NCBI GenBank assembly: GCA_034659215.1
Contig: JAYEGS010000057.1
Span: 1-55,787, forward strand
Origin: Pseudomonadota bacterium
GTDB taxonomy: Bacteria; Desulfobacterota; Anaeroferrophillalia; Anaeroferrophillales; Tharpellaceae
Length of the DNA stretch: 55,787 nucleotides
Direction of reading: 5' to 3'
Both the position numbers and the translations under genes were made by a program. How positions within the stretch are numbered: the stretch's first letter is position 1; each line of letters starts with the position of its first letter. Shown here one piece after another: positions 15,909 to 24,500 of the stretch. A model generated the notes under the pieces. It did not search any database, was not told where the DNA came from, and worked only from the letters and a program-made list of their open reading frames with translations.

Positions 15909-16340
15909 CTAGTGCATCTCCACGTTGGAGTTTCCCAGGGTAGAACCTTTTGGGGACAGTCTTCTGTCCGTTGAATTATGAAATGCACATTGAACTACCT
16001 GTTTGATCTCCTCCTTGTCATCGCTGTTTACCGGTTTTAAGGCATGGTAGAAGATTCCCTCTTTACGGACTCTGCGGATAAGGGGGAGAGACTCCTCATT
16101 TGATATTAGGATAATGGTTAAGTTTTGGTTACAGCTCTTTAAAATGGGGATTATTTCCATTGCTGATAACCCGTCGAACTCGCTTCCCAAGAGGATAACG
16201 CTGGCCTCTTTTTTCAAGACATTACGAAGAACAGCATCTACGGAATCCGCCTCGATGACCTGATACTCGCTTCCGTTGAGATATCCCGCGATCTGTTTGC
16301 GAGTTGTCTCGTCTCTGTCAGCTATAAGAAGAAGCTGCAT
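15909..16340 (-). CDS. Stand-alone receiver-like domain protein lacking the phospho-acceptor Asp (pseudo-receiver)
   Basis: The CheY-like pattern is LLLIADRDE ... VILLGSEFDGLSAMEII ... IILIS ... YHALKP. The end of beta-3 reads LLG where LLD is expected. The beta3-alpha3 loop is shortened. Confidence 0.65.
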   Translation of the reverse strand: MQLLLIADRDETTRKQIAGYLNGSEYQVIEADSVDAVLRNVLKKEASVILLGSEFDGLSAMEIIPILKSCNQNLTIILISNEESLPLIRRVRKEGIFYHALKPVNSDDKEEIKQVVQCAFHNSTDRRLSPKGSTLGNSNVEMH

Positions 16341-16382
16341 GGTTTATCCCCCTTTTTAGAAAATGCCCTGGTAGACCGCCAA

Positions 16383-16631
16383 TCAAGAGTGGTCGACCTT
16401 TCCATTATTCAAAACGTCTTCATGGGTTTTTGTTTTTCTAAAAAGGCCCGTCATCATGGAGCCGAACATCATTATTGAGGGGATAAACTGGCAGGCAACA
16501 ATAACAGCCATAAATCCAATGAAAAGCCATCCGATGAGGCCGATTCCTCCACTTTCAACGCCGTTTGCGGCAAAAACCGAATTTGCTTGCAACATGACCA
16601 TCAGTGTGACGATACGTAATGTGTTTTTCAT
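16383..16631 (-). CDS. Small exported/membrane protein (82 aa), paralog of 15637-15879
   Basis: I prefer the ATG at 16631 because GGAGG lies 8 nt upstream, whereas the GTG at 16640 overlaps that site. Signal peptide MKNTLRIVTLMVMLQANSVFA plus one TM helix. Confidence 0.5.
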   Translation of the reverse strand: MKNTLRIVTLMVMLQANSVFAANGVESGGIGLIGWLFIGFMAVIVACQFIPSIMMFGSMMTGLFRKTKTHEDVLNNGKVDHS

Positions 16632-16727
16632 TTTTCTCACCTCCGTGCAGCTTCAAAAAAACTTCAATGCTTATTTGCGTTGTATTCTTTATGCGATCTG
16701 CGAAATACTTTATACAATCTACAGATT

Positions 16728-16743
16728 TGCATTAACCGTTCCA
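16728..16743 (-). promoter_or_regulatory. Candidate sigma-54 (-24/-12) promoter
   Basis: The minus strand reads TGGAACGGTTAATGCA, against the consensus TGGCACG-N4-TTGCA. GG and GC are at the correct spacing. It lies about 97 nt upstream of the ATG at 16631, at the head of the tightly packed operon. Confidence 0.35.
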
Positions 16744-17050
16744 CTTGTGAAAAAAATCTCACTTGAATAGGTAACCGATTGGATTTAAACGATTTTATTT
16801 GATAACTGGGGGAGAAGATGATTCATTTTGTTGCGTCTGGATGTATATATTTTTTGTACATTGTATCCATTGATATGGCTCGTCCGGAGATGTAGAATAT
16901 TGTAAGTCTTTGAAAATTAAAGGTTTATCCGAGATTGTTTGGGAGTATATGAAAAAAATGCCCCTTATTCCATCCAGAGTTGTTAGGGAGTTATTCTAAC
17001 AGCCATCCCGCTTTTAACGAGTTTATCAGGGGTAAGTGGGGTGCTCCATA

Positions 17051-17087
17051 CACAACAAGGCCACCTTGAAGAGGTGGCCTTGTTGTG
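17051..17087 (-). terminator. Perfect 15-bp GC-rich hairpin 24 nt after the msrB stop
   Basis: CACAACAAGGCCACC ttgaaga GGTGGCCTTGTTGTG. There is no strong U-run, so terminator function is uncertain. Confidence 0.4.
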
Positions 17088-17110
17088 AAAGAGGTTGTTG
17101 TCAGTTTTGA

Positions 17111-17623
17111 TTAATTCTCAAAAAGTTTCAGAAATTCTCCGTAGCCCTCCTTTTCCAGCTTCTCAACCGGAATAAATCGCAATGAGGCTGAGTTTATACA
17201 ATAGCGTTGCCCGGTCGGGGCCGGGCCATCATCAAAAACATGGCCGAGATGAGAATCACCGTATTTACTGCGAACCTCGGTTCTCGCCGTGAAAAGGCCA
17301 CGATCCTTTTTTAAGGTAATATGTTCTTTAATAAGAGGCCGGGTAAAGCTGGGCCAACCGGTGCCGGATTCGAATTTGTCCAGTGAACTGAATAGCGGTT
17401 CTCCCGAAACAATATCAACATAAATTCCGGCTTTTTTATTATCCCAATACGGATTGTCAAAGGGGCTTTCCGTCGCTTCTTCCTGGGTCACCTGAAATTG
17501 CAGCGGCGTCAGCATCTTTTTGATATCATCCGAATCCGGTTTCTGATAACGCCTTTCGGCCAGCACCGGCACGGAGAAAGCACAAAATGAGAAGATCAGC
17601 AAAAGTAGAAAAAATTTATTCAT
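17111..17623 (-). CDS. msrB: Exported peptide-methionine (R)-S-oxide reductase MsrB
   Basis: Signal peptide [22 protein letters not shown]. SelR motifs [32 protein letters not shown] and RYCINS. GGAGG upstream of the ATG at 17623. Confidence 0.9.
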   Translation of the reverse strand: MNKFFLLLLIFSFCAFSVPVLAERRYQKPDSDDIKKMLTPLQFQVTQEEATESPFDNPYWDNKKAGIYVDIVSGEPLFSSLDKFESGTGWPSFTRPLIKEHITLKKDRGLFTARTEVRSKYGDSHLGHVFDDGPAPTGQRYCINSASLRFIPVEKLEKEGYGEFLKLFEN

Positions 17624-17633
17624 CGTAAATCTT

Positions 17634-18071
17634 CTAACCTCCAAGAACATAGACACGGTAAACCCACCATCCGGTATAGGCCTGATAGAATGCCAGGATC
17701 AGCAGCAAAAGGTTGTTGGTGCCATGGAGCAAAGGCAAGAGCTTCCTTTTTTTCTTGCGGTGATCCATGTAGAGGCCGGAGAAAAGACCAAAGAGCAGCA
17801 AGGGAAGCATGAGCAGGGCTTGTTTGCCATGGGCTCCGGTAATCAGAAAACCGTGCCACCAGAGTCGTACCATGACCATGCCGCCGACCAGCCCGGCCAG
17901 CCATAACCCCAGTGTGATAATCCCCAGCTTAACGTGGGCTTTCCATTTGAAAGCAACTTTTTGCTGCCAATGCAGGGAGCGAAAGCGTTTTTGGCCCAGC
18001 CAGAGAACATAGCCTGCCAGCAAGGTTGCAAGCGCTTGGTTCATCGGATGAAAGAGCAGTACGACGGTCAT
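17634..18071 (-). CDS. Four-TM membrane protein, DUF4079-like, with one His at the start of each helix
   Basis: 145 aa. HP at TM1, AHVKLG at TM2, GAHGKQA at TM3 and LLHGTNN at TM4. The family assignment is from memory only. Confidence 0.55.
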   Translation of the reverse strand: MTVVLLFHPMNQALATLLAGYVLWLGQKRFRSLHWQQKVAFKWKAHVKLGIITLGLWLAGLVGGMVMVRLWWHGFLITGAHGKQALLMLPLLLFGLFSGLYMDHRKKKRKLLPLLHGTNNLLLLILAFYQAYTGWWVYRVYVLGG

Positions 18072-18103
18072 ATTACCTCCTGAATCAATTTATCAAACCC
18101 AGG

Positions 18104-18580
18104 TTATTTAAAATCGTGAACCAGAACAAAATCGTTCTTCGCCCGAGTACCGTGACAGCCAATACAGCCCGCCGGTTTGCCGGCTATAGCAGCCTCTCCA
18201 TCAGGTGAATATTTGACCCAGAACCAGTCTCCGTCACCAGGGTTGTAGTCTTTAATTTTATACATAACGGTTATGGCTTTGAGTTCGCCGGCCATATTGA
18301 AGTTCTCTTTTACCTGAATCGAGCCGTATTGTAATGGAGGTGCGGTTGAAGCCAGGGCTTTATCGTTGACGTAGACCTTGTGTTTGGGGCCATGCGGAGC
18401 CCGGCCATCCTGCATGCCCAGATGATCGGGCCAAAAAGACCAATTTTGATAAGGTGAATCTTTGGTGATATAGCTCCAGAGGGCATCCGCATCACTGCCC
18501 GGCATTTCGGCCATAACCACAGGAACCGTAAATAGAGTAACCAGCAGTATGACGAAGCCGACGATAAGATTCTTTTTCAT
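18104..18580 (-). CDS. Exported cytochrome P460-family monoheme protein
   Basis: Start ATG 18580 with AAGGAG upstream. Signal peptide MKKNLIVGFVILLVTLFTVPVVMA. PHGP...VYVN...GDGDWFWVKY...CIGCH near the C-terminus is the P460 / cytochrome c-prime-beta pattern. Confidence 0.7.
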   Translation of the reverse strand: MKKNLIVGFVILLVTLFTVPVVMAEMPGSDADALWSYITKDSPYQNWSFWPDHLGMQDGRAPHGPKHKVYVNDKALASTAPPLQYGSIQVKENFNMAGELKAITVMYKIKDYNPGDGDWFWVKYSPDGEAAIAGKPAGCIGCHGTRAKNDFVLVHDFK

Positions 18581-18731
18581 GGTAAATCTCCTTTTATGTA
18601 GGGTTCGGGTTGAACTATAAAATAATACTAAACTAATACACTCAAATATAGAAGATGGAAATGAAAATAGCAACCTTCCAAACTCTTTTTCACAAATAAT
18701 TGATCATTTGATCGAAAAAGGTAAAGGCGAG

Positions 18732-18760
18732 TTGCTTTAGTCAGAGGTGATTGGTATACT
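18732..18760 (+). promoter_or_regulatory. Candidate sigma-70 promoter for the efflux operon
   Basis: TTGCTT (18732-18737), 17-nt spacer, TATACT (18755-18760). Confidence 0.35.
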
Positions 18761-18865
18761 ATTATGTAGCTCTGAGAATAGGGGTTGTTTGGTCGGTTAT
18801 GAGTGGGGTTTTGACTTCTTGTTGGGGGCGTGGACTTTTCGACAACCGGCAAAAGGAGACGGGAT

Positions 18866-20185
18866 TTGAAACGATTGAATAAGGCAGGCCTAAAGCCTGG
18901 AGGGCAGCATGTAAATGTCGGTATCATGGTCGTTATATGTATGCTGTTTAGTTTTGGTCTTGATAAGCCTTCGGCTATAGCCCAGGAATCTGCTCCTGAA
19001 CCATTGGTCGCTCTGGCACTGAAAGCTAATCCGGAATTAAAGTCGATTGACTTGCAGGTTCAGGCTTTACGACATAAAGCCAAAGCGGTTCAGAAGTGGA
19101 TGGATCCGGTTTTCGCGGTCGAGTACAGCAATTTTCCTTACGATACCTGGAGTATGGGAGATTCACCGATGACCGGTGTCCAGTTTAAATTGCAGCAAAC
19201 CTTTACCCTGAGCGGCAAGAACGAGCGCCGAGAGGCGACGGTTCGGGCCGAGGCGCAGGCTATCGGTTGGTCCTTGGCGGAAAAGCGCAATCAACTTGTC
19301 GGTTTGGTCAAAAGAACTTATTGGGGTTTGGCCTTGGTGCGTCAGTTGCGGTCAGTAAACCTGCAGCATATCGAACTTGTGAGACAATTTGTTGAGGTCA
19401 TTCGCATCAAATATCAGGTCGGCAAAGCTGGGCAACACGATCTTATGCGTCTTGAAGTGCTGCAAAGTAAATTAGAGGACGATCTGGGGGAGTTTGATTG
19501 CCGAGAAAGAGAATTATCAGCCGCTTTGAACGCGGTTCTGCACCGGTCTCCGGGCACTAATATTGCGACGCCGGAGCGGACGGATTCGACTCCATCATCT
19601 CTTGCTTTGAATGAATGGATCGCTCTTGCAATAAACCGACGTCCGGCATTGAAAGGTTGGAAAGCCAAGGCCGAGGCTAAAAGAGTTGCCGCAGCTGCGG
19701 CAGCCTACGAACGTTATCCGGATATTACGGTTTGGGCCGGGTATCGTATCCGTCGTCATGCGGGAATGGACGACGGGACGGATCAGATGAGTTTGGGTCT
19801 TGCGGTACCGCTGCCTTTTAACTACAGCGGCAGTTTTACCGCGCAAAAGGCCATGCGTCTAGCTGAAGCAGCGGCCATGAATGAACAGGAAATCGTCTTG
19901 CTGGATGAAATAAAGGCCGATTTGGAGAGCGCTCTGGCAGCTTGGGAACGGGCCCATCAGAAAGCCGCAACCTATTCGGAAGAACTCATTCCAAAGACCA
20001 GAAAAACCCTGGATTCAACGATGGCAGCCTATCAGAGCAATCGTGCGGATTTTGCTTCATTGTACCAGGTTGAGCTGCAGTTACTCGATTTTGAGCGGGT
20101 TCGGCTTATCGCCCTATCACAGACCTGGATTCAGAGATCAATCGTCGAAACCCTGGCTGGGAATCACATCCCTGAGCAGGAGTGA
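18866..20185 (+). CDS. TolC-family outer membrane efflux protein (CusC/CzcC-like)
   Basis: Two repeated coiled-coil/beta halves typical of OMF proteins. I prefer the TTG at 18866 because AAGGAG lies 7 nt upstream. That start gives a signal peptide ending AIA-QE. Confidence 0.85.
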   Translation: MKRLNKAGLKPGGQHVNVGIMVVICMLFSFGLDKPSAIAQESAPEPLVALALKANPELKSIDLQVQALRHKAKAVQKWMDPVFAVEYSNFPYDTWSMGDSPMTGVQFKLQQTFTLSGKNERREATVRAEAQAIGWSLAEKRNQLVGLVKRTYWGLALVRQLRSVNLQHIELVRQFVEVIRIKYQVGKAGQHDLMRLEVLQSKLEDDLGEFDCRERELSAALNAVLHRSPGTNIATPERTDSTPSSLALNEWIALAINRRPALKGWKAKAEAKRVAAAAAAYERYPDITVWAGYRIRRHAGMDDGTDQMSLGLAVPLPFNYSGSFTAQKAMRLAEAAAMNEQEIVLLDEIKADLESALAAWERAHQKAATYSEELIPKTRKTLDSTMAAYQSNRADFASLYQVELQLLDFERVRLIALSQTWIQRSIVETLAGNHIPEQE

Positions 20186-20199
20186 AAAAGGGGAGCGCT

Positions 20200-21492
20200 A
20201 TGTCGAGAAAGAGATGGAAAAAACTGATGACTATTGGCCTTACCTTGCTTCTCCTGGTGGGCTTCACCTTCGTCGGGCAAGCGGGTGCGCGTAAAGTCAA
20301 GTATTGGGTGGCACCGATGGATCCGGCTTATATCTCAAAAAAACCGGGGAAATCGCCAATGGGTATGGATTTGATCCCCGTCTATGAGGATGATCAAAAG
20401 GCGGAGATTGCGGGAACGGTTACGGTCGACCCGGTGATGGTGCAAAACATGGGGGTTCGGGTGGCGCCGGTCGAGCGGGGCTCCATTTCCCGGCACATTC
20501 GGACAATTGGCGAGGTCGATGTGGCCGAGAGTGAGATTTCGGTTGTCAATCTCCGTTTTTCAGGTTGGGTTGAACGCATCTATGCCGATGAGACCGGTCA
20601 GGAGGTCAAACGCGGGCAACGGCTCTTCTCCATCTATTCTCCGGAGTTGGTTTCGGCTCAGAAAGAGTACCTGATGGCCTATAACGTGAGTGGTTCAGTC
20701 GGCGAGTTGACCAAGTCGGCGGCCGAGCGTTTGCGCCTCTGGAATATTCCGGAATCCGTACTCAGGAAAATTGTCAGCCGCCAAAATGTCGACCGGAGTT
20801 TGGTTGTCACGGCTCCGCGTAGCGGATACATCCTGCAAAAAAATATTGTTGATGGGGCTCGAGTCAACGCCGGCCAGGATCTCTATCGTATCGGCAATCT
20901 GAAAAAGATCTGGGTGACGGCTGAAGTGTATGAATTCGATGCGCCCTGGATTAAGCTGGGTCAGCCCGCCAATATGGAGCTCTCTTTCCAGCGGGGCAAA
21001 CAATATGTCGGCAAAGTGGAGTATATTTATCCGACTTTGAACCGGAAAAGCCGAACTTTGAAAGTGAGATTGGAATTCAATAATCCGGGTGTTGAATTAA
21101 AGCCGGGTATGTTCGCGACGGTGCATATCGAAGGGCAAAGAAAAGAGGGGGTTTTAAAAGTTCCTACTGAGGCCATTATCCACTCCGGTGAACGGCAGAT
21201 CGTCTTCATTGCCGGAGAAGTCGGCAAGTACGAAGCCCGGGAGATTGTCACCGGGCTGGTTGGCGATGGACATCTGACCGAAGTGCTCTCAGGTCTGTCG
21301 CAAGATGAGATGGTGGTCACTTCCGGCCAGTTTTTGTTGGATTCCGAGGCTCAGTTGCAGGAAGCCGTACAGAAATTGCTGGCTGCAAGACTTCAGGTCA
21401 AGGGCCCGGCAAAAGCCCCGGTCGACCCGGTCGACCCGGCCAAGCCGGGTACCGGCCATGACCATGACCATGGCCGGAGACAAAAACAGTAG
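20200..21492 (+). CDS. RND efflux periplasmic adaptor (CusB/CzcB-like) with His-rich C-terminus
   Basis: N-terminal WVAPMDPAYISKKPGKSPMGMDLIPV motif, barrel-sandwich and beta-barrel segments, and the tail GTGHDHDHG. ATG 20200 with GGGGAG upstream. Confidence 0.85.
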   Translation: MSRKRWKKLMTIGLTLLLLVGFTFVGQAGARKVKYWVAPMDPAYISKKPGKSPMGMDLIPVYEDDQKAEIAGTVTVDPVMVQNMGVRVAPVERGSISRHIRTIGEVDVAESEISVVNLRFSGWVERIYADETGQEVKRGQRLFSIYSPELVSAQKEYLMAYNVSGSVGELTKSAAERLRLWNIPESVLRKIVSRQNVDRSLVVTAPRSGYILQKNIVDGARVNAGQDLYRIGNLKKIWVTAEVYEFDAPWIKLGQPANMELSFQRGKQYVGKVEYIYPTLNRKSRTLKVRLEFNNPGVELKPGMFATVHIEGQRKEGVLKVPTEAIIHSGERQIVFIAGEVGKYEAREIVTGLVGDGHLTEVLSGLSQDEMVVTSGQFLLDSEAQLQEAVQKLLAARLQVKGPAKAPVDPVDPAKPGTGHDHDHGRRQKQ

Positions 21493-21503
21493 GGGATCGA
21501 GCT

Positions 21504-24500
21504 ATGATTAAGTGGATCATCGAAAGCAGCGTTCGCAATCGTTTTTTCGTGATTATTATCACCGGATTTGTGATTGCGGCGGGGCTTTGGGCCATGTGGA
21601 ATACCCCGGTGGATGCGATTCCCGATCTCTCCGATGTCCAGGTGATCATTTTTACTGAATATCCGGGACAATCCCCGCAAGTAGTTGAAGATCAGGTCAC
21701 CTATCCCTTGACTACGGCGATGTTGTCGGTGCCCTACGCCAAGACCGTGCGCGGCTATTCGTTTTTCGGTTTTTCGATGACCTATATCATTTTTGCGGAC
21801 GGAACCGATCTCTACTGGGCTCGATCAAGGGTTTTGGAGTATCTGAACTTTGTCCAGAGGCGGTTGCCCCAGGGCGTGACTCCGCAACTGGGGCCGGACG
21901 CCACCGGCGTTGGTTGGGTCTATATGTATGCTCTGGCTTCGGATCAGCATGACCTGCAGCAACTTCGTTCAATTCAGGACTGGTATCTGCGCTATGAGTT
22001 GATGGCGCTCTCCGGGGTGGCGGAGGTCGCCAGTGCGGGGGGGTATGTTAAACAGTATCAAGTGGCAGTGGATCCGGAAAAACTCAGGGCCTACGGGCTC
22101 TCTCTGCAACACGTCAACATGGCGATTAAGCGTTCGAACATGGATGTCGGAGGCCGTCTGTTGGAGATGGGCGAGACCGAGTTTATGGTTCGGGGAAAAG
22201 GTTATATAACCTCGATTGAAGACCTGGAGGTTGTTCCGGTCGGCATTGATAGTGATACGCATACGCCGATTATGCTGGCTCAAGTTGCAAATATTCAGAT
22301 CGGACCGGAGATCCGTCGCGGTATAATCGAGCTGAACGGTGAGGGCGAAGCTGTGGCGGGCATCATTATTGTCCGCTTCGGAGAAAATGCCCTTGAAGTT
22401 ATTAAGCGGGTCAAGGTTCGTCTGGAAGAGTTGCAGGAGGGCTTGCCCGAAGGTGTGGAGATTCATACAGCTTACGACCGTTCAAACCTGATCCTGCGGG
22501 CCATTGATACGTTGAAGAACAAATTGACTGAGGAGCTGATCGTGGTCGCCTTGGTCATCATGCTCTTCCTTCTGCACTTTCGTTCGGCCTTGGTTGCGAT
22601 TTTCACGTTACCGGTCGGCATTTTAATTAGCTTCATTATCATGCGTCTGCTCGGTATGAATGCCAATATCATGTCTTTGGGTGGAATTGCCATCGCCATC
22701 GGGGTTATGGTCGATGCTTCAGTGGTGATGGTCGAAAATCTCCACAAACATAAAGAGAGAGATCACCGATTGTCGCAGCTTGATGTGGTTATCCGAGCTT
22801 CACATGAGGTTGGGCCGGCCTTGTTTTTTTCTCTTTTGATTGTGACCATAAGCTTCCTTCCCGTTTTCACGCTGCAACAGCAGGAGGGGCGGTTGTTCAC
22901 GCCCTTGGCTTATACCAAGACCTTCGCGATGGGGGCCTCGGCGATTTTGGCCATCACGATTGTTCCGGTCTTGATGTACTACTTTGTTCGGGGCAAGGTG
23001 ATCAGTGAAAAGCGGAATCCGCTCAGCCGTTTCTTTGTCTGGCTTTACCGCCCGGTCGTGCGCACCGTTTTGCGTTTTCCGGTGGCAACCGTTCTGATCG
23101 CTGTAGCCATAACCGTGGCGACCTGGTTTCCCTTCTCGAACCTGGGCAGTGAATTTATGCCGCCCTTAAACGAAGGCGATCTGCTCTATATGCCGACCAC
23201 CCTTCCGGGTATCTCGATTACCAAAGCCAAGGAGCTATTACAGCAGACCGACAAGATTATTGCTGCGCATCCCCAGGTTGCGCATGTTTTAGGGAAGATC
23301 GGTCGCGCCGAAACGGCTACCGACCCGGCTCCCCTATCGATGATCGAAACCACGATCATTCTCAAACCCGAAGCCACCTGGCCTAAAGGTAAAGTGATTG
23401 AGGATATTATTAAAGAGCTCGATAACATGGTTCAATTCCCCGGTTTGACCAATGCCTGGACGATGCCCATCAAGACCCGCATTGATATGCTGGCAACCGG
23501 TATCAAAACCCCCGTCGGGATTAAACTCATGGGGCCGGATCTGGCCGAATTATCGGCTGTCGGCGAAAAGATCGAAGCTCTGGTTAGTCAATTGCCGGAT
23601 ACCTTGTCGGCCTATGCCGAGCGGGTGGTGGGCGGTAATTTCATCGATGTGAACATTCGTCGAGGTGATGCCGCCCGTTTTGGTCTGACCGTCGGCGATG
23701 TTCAGGATGTTATCAAAAGCGCTATTGGCGGTATGAATGTCAGTTTTACGGTTGAGGGCCTGGAACGTTATCCGATTAATCTGCGCTATCCGCGTGAGTT
23801 ACGTTCGGATCTGGAGTCCTTAAAGCGGGTCGCCGTGCCGACGCCGCTGGGGCACGCCGTGCCGCTGGGGCACGCCGTGCCGCTGGTGCAGGTCGCCGAC
23901 ATTACGATCAGTAAGGGGGCGGCGGCGATCAAGAGTGAAAATGCCCGCCGCACAGCCTGGATTTATGTCGATCTTAAGACTTCCGATGTCGGGGGCTATG
24001 TTAAGCGAGCCCAACAAGTAGTCGCCGAACAGATCAAGTTGCCGCCGGGAGTTTCCATCGTCTGGTCCGGGCAATTTGAGTATATGGAACGGGCTAACCG
24101 GCGCCTGTTGGTGGTTGTGCCCCTTACTTTGGCGATTATCTTTCTTTTACTCTACATCCATTTTCGCAGCCTGACCGAAAGTCTGATCGTCATGCTGACT
24201 CTGCCGTTTGCTCTGGTTGGAGGTATCTGGCTCCTGGTGCTTTTCGAATACAATCTTTCGGTGGCGGTGGCGGTTGGCTTTATCGCGCTGGCCGGACTTG
24301 CGGCCGAGACCGGCATCGTTATGCTCGTCTATCTCGATGGCACCTACGAACGCCGGAAATCCGAAGGCCGCCTGAAATCCATTGCCGATCTGAAGTCGGC
24401 TATTATCGAGGGGGCCGTAGATCGGGTGCGCCCCAAGCTCATGACCGTGGCGACCACGACCCTTGGCCTCTTACCGATAATGTTCGGAACCGAAACCGGA

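Noticed and set aside
15704-15988. 94-aa minus-strand ORF overlapping the 80-aa small protein gene and the receiver gene end
   Set aside because: It sits in an alternate frame across two genes that each have clear RBSs. It has no features of its own.
16818-16970. Mini-ORFs in the 470-bp leader (25 aa from 16818; 16 aa from about 16949)
   Set aside because: They are too short and cannot be supported without conservation or expression data. I note them only as possible leader peptides.
17620-18031. Alternate-frame ORFs within the DUF4079-like gene (17620-17904, 17724-17906, 17809-18012, 17843-18031)
   Set aside because: The chosen frame gives four clean TM helices. The others are Pro/Arg/Trp-rich, which is typical of off-frame translation.
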